From positions 60,545 through 124,544 of the forward strand of contig BAABOD010000001.1 in assembly GCA_040371255.1 (NCBI GenBank): 64,000 nucleotides of DNA, in the 5' to 3' direction. Shown here piece by piece: positions 1 through 6,546 of the stretch. A model generated the notes under the pieces. It had not been told where the DNA came from. It did not search any database and was given only the letters and a program-made list of their open reading frames with translations. How positions within the stretch are numbered: position 1 is the first letter of the stretch; every line of letters begins with the position of its first letter. The position numbers and the translations under genes were made by a program. The stretch comes from Anaerolineaceae bacterium (GTDB lineage Bacteria > Chloroflexota > Anaerolineae > Anaerolineales > Anaerolineaceae).

Positions 1-422
<422 letters not shown>

Positions 423-528
423 TTATTTAACTAACTTTTATTGTATCTTAATTTCACTTTTTTAGGCTCGGTTTTCTGACAATTTTACTCTTAATTTCTC
501 ATTTTTTCTGGCTAAGGGGGGCTTCCGC

Positions 529-1125
529 TTACCCATTAGCTGGCGGATTGACCCCGAATTCCTCAAGTAACGCATTCCTGAGCGAAGGAAAGCGCTGCAA
601 CAGCTCTGGCAAGGCTAACATTAACGTCGCGATGGTTTTCCCATCTTGGATTTGCTTGGACCAGAGCATACGATAAACTTCCGCCACAGGTTGCCGGCTG
701 AGCTCGAGGAATTCATCCTCATCCTGTGCCAACGGAGCTGGGTGTAGCTCCAGGGCTAAGAAAGCAGACATATGTTCATTGGAGTAGCCCGGAACCATAT
801 AAAAGCCGCCCAACGGGATCAATAAGTCGCTATCCTGACCGGTCTCCTCGCGCAGTTCACGGCGGGCACTTTCTAATGGAGTTTCACCTGGGTCCATCAC
901 CCCAGCAGGCAGCTCCAAGAGAAAGCCTTGTGCGCCAATACGGTATTGGGAGACTAAAATCACCTCGCCAGCCTTGGTGATCGGCAGCAAGGTGACGGCA
1001 TCAGGATGCGCCACCAAATCATAGGTATGCTCGCGGCCATCCGGCAAGCGGAAGTGAACCTTGAGCACGTCGAAAGCGTGTGCCGAGAGCACTTTCTCCT
1101 GACCCAGGATTTCAAAAGTATGCAT
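529..1125 (-). CDS. NUDIX hydrolase (ADP-ribose pyrophosphatase-like)
   Basis: Nudix box GVMDPGETPLESARRELREETG. ATG at 1125 is preceded by GAGAGG; the ORF track extends to a TTG at 1134. Confidence 0.8.
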   Translation of the reverse strand: MHTFEILGQEKVLSAHAFDVLKVHFRLPDGREHTYDLVAHPDAVTLLPITKAGEVILVSQYRIGAQGFLLELPAGVMDPGETPLESARRELREETGQDSDLLIPLGGFYMVPGYSNEHMSAFLALELHPAPLAQDEDEFLELSRQPVAEVYRMLWSKQIQDGKTIATLMLALPELLQRFPSLRNALLEEFGVNPPANG

Positions 1126-1202
1126 ACTCACCAACCTCTCGGGGGGTAATTATACTCGCGCTTTAACGCAAAAACCCATAAGTTTTAGGCAATTCTGGAA
1201 TC

Positions 1203-1226
1203 AAAAAAGGGCGCAAACGCGCCCTT
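1203..1226 (-). terminator. rho-independent terminator downstream of the LysM gene
   Basis: Minus strand reads AAGGGCGC-GTTT-GCGCCCTT followed by TTTTTT. Confidence 0.65.
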
Positions 1227-1252
1227 AAGCTTGAATGGAAAAAACTCGTGGA

Positions 1253-1909
1253 TTATGGGATCTGCAGCACCTGACCAGGCGTGAGCTCGTAGGGTTCCTT
1301 CAAACCATTCACGGCAATGATTGCTTCGGGGTAAACATCGCCATAGGCACAGGCGATGCTATAGACAGTATCGCCTTCGCTCACCTCCCAGGAATCCGGG
1401 TGCGGGATAATCGCACGGTCTTCCGTCGGCCAGCTGCCCGTCTGCGGAATTTCAAGCACATCGCCGATATTGAGCCAGCTGTTGTAATTATTCAGCGCGA
1501 GCAACTCCTCCGGGTCTACATCAAAACGCCGCGCTAAGCAGTAGATTGTCTCGCCGCTTTGCACCGTGTATTGCAGCGGTCTGGTTACCACTGGCGTAGG
1601 GGGCAATGGTGTGGGGGTAGGCGTGCCAGCAGGGGTATTCGTAGGCATAAGAATACTGGATGCCGTTGCAACCATGGGCGTGCCCTCGGTGTTGGTAGTC
1701 ATCACCGTAGGTTGGTTAAATTTTTCCATAATCGCCTGAGCGGTGTAGGTGGCGTTCAAGATCTGCTGATCCACGGGCAAAGGCGTGCTCGCCGAGTCAA
1801 TTTGCTGCGGCGTAGCCACTGGTGCCGTGGAAGCTGGCCGTTGGCAGGCCGAGAGCATCAGCGCTCCGAGCAGCAAAATCACAAAAATGAGACCAATCTT
1901 CTTAGGCAT
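1253..1909 (-). CDS. secreted/lipoprotein LysM-domain protein (two LysM repeats, Pro/Thr linker)
   Basis: Start MPKKIGLIFVILLLGALMLSAC (signal peptide with a Cys lipobox). Two LysM-like units: YTVQSGETIYCLARRFDVDPEELLALNN...GDVLEIP and WEVSEGDTVYSIACAYG...GQVLQIP. The upstream 27 codons of the track ORF are probably not translated. Confidence 0.8.
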   Translation of the reverse strand: MPKKIGLIFVILLLGALMLSACQRPASTAPVATPQQIDSASTPLPVDQQILNATYTAQAIMEKFNQPTVMTTNTEGTPMVATASSILMPTNTPAGTPTPTPLPPTPVVTRPLQYTVQSGETIYCLARRFDVDPEELLALNNYNSWLNIGDVLEIPQTGSWPTEDRAIIPHPDSWEVSEGDTVYSIACAYGDVYPEAIIAVNGLKEPYELTPGQVLQIP

Positions 1910-1977
1910 GGTAATTCTCCAATCGTTCATCCAAATGTTGAAAATAAAGGTGCAAGCTTTGTGCCAGAGGAGAGAAG

Positions 1978-2004
1978 AAAAAACCGGCAAGCTTGCGCTG
2001 CCGG
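1978..2004 (-). terminator. rho-independent terminator downstream of the small ORF 2032..2229
   Basis: Minus strand reads CCGGCA-gcgcaagct-TGCCGG followed by TTTTTT. Confidence 0.6.
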
Positions 2005-2031
2005 AATTGCCAAACTTTGGTGTGGATTGGG

Positions 2032-2229
2032 TTAGGCTTTCTTGAGCACCGGAAGCCCGGAGTTCAATTCAACCACGACCTTGCCAGCTGGGATTTTATC
2101 CACAGTGTCGCCTTTATCGGGGTCAGTGGAGAAGTAGTACAGCTCCGTGATCTTACCGCTGGCGCGTTCCATTTTCTTGACGTGCAAGAAGTATTTCTTA
2201 CCTTTAGAATTTGTGTAAGTATATGCCAT
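2032..2229 (-). CDS. small conserved-looking hypothetical protein (65 aa)
   Basis: MAYTYTNSKGKKYFLHVKK... preceded by a strong RBS (AGGAGGTACTC-ATG). GC typical of the host. No family recognised. Confidence 0.55.
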   Translation of the reverse strand: MAYTYTNSKGKKYFLHVKKMERASGKITELYYFSTDPDKGDTVDKIPAGKVVVELNSGLPVLKKA

Positions 2230-2355
2230 GAGTACCTCCTTTAGGAATATAAATGGCTTCAATAAAAGTTTACAGGGTTTATGTAGGGATGTCAAACGGA
2301 AGTTAGCCCAGCAATGCCCAATAGTGATTATTATGAAATTTGGTAAAGTCTTTAT

Positions 2356-2646
2356 TTATCGTTTGCTTTTATTTTCCATCAATAATTTTAGATAATCATC
2401 TTTTGAGATGTGGCAATCTAAAATGCCTTTGAAAACATTAGGTTTGACTTGCAATTGTCTTGAGATAATGCTAAGGAGTGAATCTTCGATATCTTTTTTA
2501 TGATTGGTAGGTAACATGGTGGTAATGGGGTTTAGTCCCTCAATCTCGAGCACATACCAAGAGTGCGGGTTATTGGGGCGACTTTTTAATGACATGCCTA
2601 ATTTCTTTATTAAAATTTTTTCAACATCTGAAGGTTTATAACCCAC
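2356..2646 (-). CDS. HicA-like toxin candidate (mRNA interferase fold), extended C-terminus
   Basis: KPSDVEKILIKKLGMSLKS..NPHSWYVLEIEG..ITTMLPTNHKKDIEDSLLSIISRQL resembles the HicA/YcfA pattern (helix, His-containing strand, 'vP.H.kdl..g.l..Ilkq'). AT-rich. Last gene of a 3-gene operon. Confidence 0.4.
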   Translation of the reverse strand: MGYKPSDVEKILIKKLGMSLKSRPNNPHSWYVLEIEGLNPITTMLPTNHKKDIEDSLLSIISRQLQVKPNVFKGILDCHISKDDYLKLLMENKSKR

Positions 2647-2661
2647 TCTTATTGCCTTCGC

Positions 2662-3048
2662 TTAGCGAGGTTTAATATATTGCTCTACTAAATTAAGCGC
2701 ATCTTTTTCGCTGATTCCATTATTTGAAACTTCAAGAATTATCGAATAGTATTCAATAAGAGATTGTTTATAATCCTCAAGAGCGTCTTTTATCGTTTCC
2801 CCCGTTCCATACACATTAAAAATAGGATCATCCAAAATTACCAAGCCGCTATTATCATGTTCAATTCTTAAATTTAAAGGTTTTGCAAGTCTTAGTTTTT
2901 CATCTAGTGGGCCATAAAGATATAAACCGGGATTTAGACCATGTTTAATATCAGTCACTTCTCCCTTAGTAGGACGAAAAAACGGTTTGGATGTAATCGC
3001 AGCCTTCTGAGTATCGAGATCGTAATAAGGTGTAGCAACAGTGATCAT
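2662..3048 (-). CDS. HicB-like antitoxin-fold protein
   Basis: PIFNVYGTGETIKDALEDYKQSLIEYY matches the HicB/DUF1902 signature 'pg..tqGeTleEAl.n.keAl..'. It ends 15 bp upstream of the HicA-like ORF. Confidence 0.4.
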   Translation of the reverse strand: MITVATPYYDLDTQKAAITSKPFFRPTKGEVTDIKHGLNPGLYLYGPLDEKLRLAKPLNLRIEHDNSGLVILDDPIFNVYGTGETIKDALEDYKQSLIEYYSIILEVSNNGISEKDALNLVEQYIKPR

Positions 3049-3050
3049 AG

Positions 3051-3359
3051 TTATTTCACGCTTTGATTAATTTCATCTTCAGAATCCAACATTTTATGAA
3101 GTAGATCATAAAATGCTTTGATTTGTTCATTCGACATATAAACTTGCGCCACACATTTCGCTTCAATTTTCTCGATTTTTGACAAATTTAAGTTGATCTC
3201 TTCCACATTTCCAATAATTAATGGGGGCTGTATCTCGAAGAAAGAAATCAAATAGTTAGATTCGGTCTTTTGAACCACAACATTACTTGCGTAGCGGGCA
3301 ATCACGCCTTCTGGAATAACCCATTCGATTTGAATTTCCTTATGAGTTTCGTTATCCAT
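3051..3359 (-). CDS. DUF3467-like protein
   Basis: IPEGVIARYASNVVVQKTESNYLISFFEIQPP....AKCVAQVYMSNEQIKAFYDLLHKML fits the DUF3467 pattern (YaN...v.ht..EF.ldF....P...akvv.ri.ms...ak.l...L). Separated by 2 bp from the next ORF. Confidence 0.45.
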   Translation of the reverse strand: MDNETHKEIQIEWVIPEGVIARYASNVVVQKTESNYLISFFEIQPPLIIGNVEEINLNLSKIEKIEAKCVAQVYMSNEQIKAFYDLLHKMLDSEDEINQSVK

Positions 3360-3500
3360 CCTTGCCTCTCAATTTCAGCCAAAATAAAAATATCTGATCT
3401 ATCAGTTGTTCTAACCGTTAATTCTGATTTTTGATTATGAGTGTATTATAAACCCAATCATAAAATTTTAATTTGCTAAACTTCTACATTTATTTTCTCT

Positions 3501-3540
3501 GTTCTCGCCGGTCTCCTGAGTGCGAAGCCTACCCATAGCA
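3501..3540 (-). repeat. interspersed repeat module (GTTCTCGCCGGTCTCC + 25-nt L module)
   Basis: GTTCTCGCCGGTCTCCTGAGTGCGAAGCCTACCCATAGCA. It is near-identical to the reverse complement of 9652..9692 and to 14487..14526. Confidence 0.8.
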
Positions 3541-3630
3541 TACCATAAAAGAACAAGCTCGCATGTAAAGTACCATTAAAAAACAGCTCGTAGATCGAAT
3601 TCTAAACCTTGATGTTCGCTGAACTTAAAT

Positions 3631-5283
3631 ATGATCAAAAATGAGTATAATATTAATATGAACACCCTCTACTACGGTGATAACCTCGATATCCTGCGGC
3701 GCTACATCAAGGACGAAAGCGTGGATCTGATATACCTCGATCCGCCCTTCAATTCCAACGCCACCTATAACGTGCTCTTCGCGCAAAAAGACGGCAGCCA
3801 ATCCAGCGCGCAAATCCAAGCCTTCGAAGACACTTGGCAGTGGGACGAAAATGCCGTGCGTACTTACGAAGAAGAAGTGGAAAAAGGCGGACCGGTAGCG
3901 GATGCTCTGCGCGCTTTTCACCTCATCCTGGGCGGCAGCAACATGATGGCATACCTGACTATGATGGCACCGCGCCTGATGGAGCTGCGGCGTGTGCTCA
4001 AACCCACCGGCAGCCTGTACTTGCACTGCGACCCAACCGCCAGCCATTACCTCAAAGTGCTGCTGGATATGGTCTTTGGCGCTGAAAACTTTAGGAATGA
4101 GATAGTTTGGAAGAGGACAACAGCAAGAAGCGATTCTCGTAAATGGAACCGTGTCCATGACACAATTCTTTTTTATTCAAGGTCTAAAAATTATACTTGG
4201 AACACTCAGTTCATTTCATATGACTCTGATTACTTAAGAAAATTTTATCGTTTTGAAGAAAAAGAAACCGGAAGAAAATATACATTAAGTGACTTAATGG
4301 CAGCAGGCACTAGAAATGGTTCATCTGGTTTACCATGGCGAGGTGTTGATCCAAGAACTCGAGGGAACCATTGGAAATATACTATTGAAAAGCTTGATGA
4401 ATTAGAAAAAATGGGAAGGATTGTTTGGCCTAAAAAGCAAGGAGGCGTTCCTCGTTATAAGAGATATTTAGATGAGATGCCCGGTGTTGCTATACAATCT
4501 ATTATCGCAGATATACCGCCCATTTCTGCACAATCAGCTGAAAAACTTGGTTATCCCACCCAAAAGCCCTTAGCCTTGCTCGAACGCATCATTCAAGCTT
4601 CCAGCAACCCCGGCGATGTGGTGCTGGATCCGTTCTGCGGCTGCGGCACAGCCGTGGTGGCGGCTCAGAAGCTCGGCAGGCAATGGATCGGCATCGATAT
4701 CACTCACTTAGCCATCGGCTTGGTCAAGCACCGCTTAGAAGATGCCTTTGGCGATTCCTTGCAATTCCAGGTGATTGGCGAACCTACAACGTTAGAAGAA
4801 GCCGCGTCCCTCGCAGCCCAGGATAAATACCAATTCCAGTGGTGGGCGTTAGGCTTGGTCGGCGCGCGGCCGGCGGAGGGCAAAAAAGGCGCTGACCGCG
4901 GCATCGACGGACGGCTGTACTTCCACGATGACGCCAGCGGGAAGACCAAGCAAGTCATCCTTTCGGTCAAGGGCGGGCATGTGAACGTCCCGCAGGTGCG
5001 TGACCTAATTGGTGTGGTGGAGCGCGAGAATGCACAGATGGGCGTATTCATCACGCTCGAGGAGCCTACCAAACCCATGCGTGCGGAAGCAGCCCAAGCC
5101 GGCTTTTACCACTCCGAGGTCTGGAACCGGGACTATCCGCGCATCCAGATCTTGACCATCGCGGAGCTGCTCGAGGGCAAGGGGATCGACATGCCGCCCA
5201 TGCGCCAAGTCAGTCAAACCTTCAAGCGCGCCAAGAAGGAGAATCCCAAGGATGGAGAGCAGATGGGGCTGATTGAGGGGTGA
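3631..5283 (+). CDS. site-specific DNA methyltransferase (N6A/N4C, beta-class motif order) fused to a C-terminal Mrr-type restriction-endonuclease-like domain
   Basis: Motif IV DLIYLDPPFNS near the N-terminus. NEIVWKR, HDTILFYS and YPTQKP motifs. Motif I VLDPFCGCGTAVVAAQKLGRQWIGIDI. C-terminal GADRGIDG...VILSVKGG...VRDLIGV resembles the Mrr_cat core. Confidence 0.8.
   Translation: MIKNEYNINMNTLYYGDNLDILRRYIKDESVDLIYLDPPFNSNATYNVLFAQKDGSQSSAQIQAFEDTWQWDENAVRTYEEEVEKGGPVADALRAFHLILGGSNMMAYLTMMAPRLMELRRVLKPTGSLYLHCDPTASHYLKVLLDMVFGAENFRNEIVWKRTTARSDSRKWNRVHDTILFYSRSKNYTWNTQFISYDSDYLRKFYRFEEKETGRKYTLSDLMAAGTRNGSSGLPWRGVDPRTRGNHWKYTIEKLDELEKMGRIVWPKKQGGVPRYKRYLDEMPGVAIQSIIADIPPISAQSAEKLGYPTQKPLALLERIIQASSNPGDVVLDPFCGCGTAVVAAQKLGRQWIGIDITHLAIGLVKHRLEDAFGDSLQFQVIGEPTTLEEAASLAAQDKYQFQWWALGLVGARPAEGKKGADRGIDGRLYFHDDASGKTKQVILSVKGGHVNVPQVRDLIGVVERENAQMGVFITLEEPTKPMRAEAAQAGFYHSEVWNRDYPRIQILTIAELLEGKGIDMPPMRQVSQTFKRAKKENPKDGEQMGLIEG
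5211..5283 (+). repeat. direct repeat copy A (authentic 3' end of the methylase gene)
   Basis: 64 of 73 positions identical to 6301..6373 by manual alignment. The terminal 22-mer is GATGGGGCTGATTGAGGGGTGA. Confidence 0.9.
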
Positions 5284-6300
5284 GAAATTCAGTCTCCAGT
5301 CATTCCAAGATGTTCCAAGCTTGGTCATCTGAGAGGTTTCCAGTACCAATATTTCTCTATGATGGAATTGACCAGATCACAATCCATTGAATAACTTAAA
5401 TATAATTCCTTAGGTAAATAAATATGGCCTTCAATCCTTATAAGAATTCCTTTGATATTTTCAATCCGGATTTAATCATGTATCTTGGTTTGGTCGCCGC
5501 CCAAAAGAGGAATGAAGATGCAACCAAATATATATCTCGAATCATGCCCTTTGGACAGAAAGAGTTCTTTATCCGGTCATGCGATAACGATTTGCTCTAC
5601 CAAGAAAATTGCCAGGAACTATTAAGCGAAGTTCTTTTCAAATTTGATTCCTATAGTCTAACAGTTGAACAATTGCATGCCATACGCAATGCGAAAAACT
5701 ATAAAATACCTCCGGAATCGTTGTCCATGCTCGAGGGGGAAAATTACGATGAATTTTTGCACCGCGCACTCCTAGATAATGCGCTTATGGAAGCGCAGTC
5801 CTTCATGGAAATGTACCTGAGATATGTTGCTTTTTTCTCTGCAAGGGAAAAATTTCGTTACTCAAACACTCATAAAATGTTAGAAAAAATTAAAGCTTCA
5901 AAAAGTCAAATAGCAAAAGAAGCCTATGAATACCTAACTTCTAATGTTTATAGTAAATGTCAGAAAACGGATCCTAAACTTTGGGGCGATTATTTAACAG
6001 AATTGCGTAATACTACTACACACGAAAAACAACTCGAACTCTCGAATCATGAAGTGATTTACCCACTCGGTAGAAGCCGAACTGAGATTACCTACCAAAA
6101 CCAGCCAATTGCACGCTTTATGCAAGATATCGAAAACAACATCGTATTTATGCTGCATTCGATGTTTCAAATTCTTTATGGCTTGACGTGGGATGATGCC
6201 AGAGAAAAAATTAAACAAAATTAATCACTTAGTATTTATTTGTTAATACCCAGTAAAATCTCTTTACTGCTGGCTCCCGAAAGTCTACTGATTGACAAAT
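5284..6300 (+). mobile_element. AT-rich insertion cassette 1 (HEPN-like gene) bounded by copies A and B of the methylase 3' end
   Basis: Compositional drop relative to the flanks. Bounded by the 73-bp direct repeats. No recombinase gene inside. Confidence 0.35.
5424..6224 (+). CDS. HEPN-like (RNxxxH motif) orphan protein, Abi-type RNase candidate
   Basis: 266-aa all-helical-looking AT-rich ORF. Motif YLTELRNTTTHEK fits the HEPN R-x4-H (RNxxxH) signature. No other family recognised. Confidence 0.35.
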   Translation: MAFNPYKNSFDIFNPDLIMYLGLVAAQKRNEDATKYISRIMPFGQKEFFIRSCDNDLLYQENCQELLSEVLFKFDSYSLTVEQLHAIRNAKNYKIPPESLSMLEGENYDEFLHRALLDNALMEAQSFMEMYLRYVAFFSAREKFRYSNTHKMLEKIKASKSQIAKEAYEYLTSNVYSKCQKTDPKLWGDYLTELRNTTTHEKQLELSNHEVIYPLGRSRTEITYQNQPIARFMQDIENNIVFMLHSMFQILYGLTWDDAREKIKQN

Positions 6301-6373
6301 CAATCAGATCTTCAAGCGCGCCAAGAAGGAAAATCCCAAGGCTGGAGAGCAGATAGGGTTGATTGAGAGGTAA
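6301..6373 (+). repeat. direct repeat copy B (displaced pseudo-3' end of the methylase gene, still ending in a stop codon)
   Basis: Would encode ..FKRAKKENPKAGEQIGLIER* versus the authentic ..FKRAKKENPKDGEQMGLIEG*. Confidence 0.9.
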
Positions 6374-6393
6374 AAAACTTAAATTTAACCTGT

Positions 6394-6508
6394 GTTCTTG
6401 CACGGTACCCGATGGGCAGGCTGCGCACTCTCCAGACCAGGCAAGGCATTTGACCATTAGGTCTCAAATATGGAGACCTTCGGTCAACTTCCTCGCTGGT
6501 GAGGACAC
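6394..6508 (+). repeat. composite three-hairpin repeat element (HP1 with L insertion, HP2, HP3)
   Basis: GTTCTTGCACGG[TACCCGATGGGCAGGCTGCGCACTC]TCCAGACCAGGCAAG; TTGACCATTAGGTCTC..GGAGACCTTCGGTCAA; CTCGCTGGTG-AGGA-CACCAGCGAG. Same architecture as 9249..9373, 9444..9604 and 30624..30742. Confidence 0.85.
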
Positions 6509-6524
6509 CAGCGAGAGCAGGGCA

Positions 6525-6546
6525 GTTAGGGCTGATAGCGGGGTGA
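6525..6546 (+). repeat. 22-bp core copy C (GTTAGGGCTGATAGCGGGGTGA)
   Basis: Matches the methylase terminal 22-mer and copy D at 9170..9191. It directly follows the composite repeat. Confidence 0.75.

Noticed and set aside
3625-4158. 177-aa antisense ORF overlapping the methylase 5' region. The same applies to similar long antisense or alternative-frame ORFs (10135-10683, 29175-29687, 29689-30183, 30198-30722, 35939-36343, 36437-36988, 39241-39636, 44664-45020, 56066-56476, 57176-57925, 58372-58818, 59272-59727, 59763-60248)
   Set aside because: These are shadow ORFs typical of GC-rich coding DNA. They have low-complexity or Arg/Ala/Pro/Ser-biased translations and no RBS, and they lie fully inside well-supported genes on the other strand or frame.
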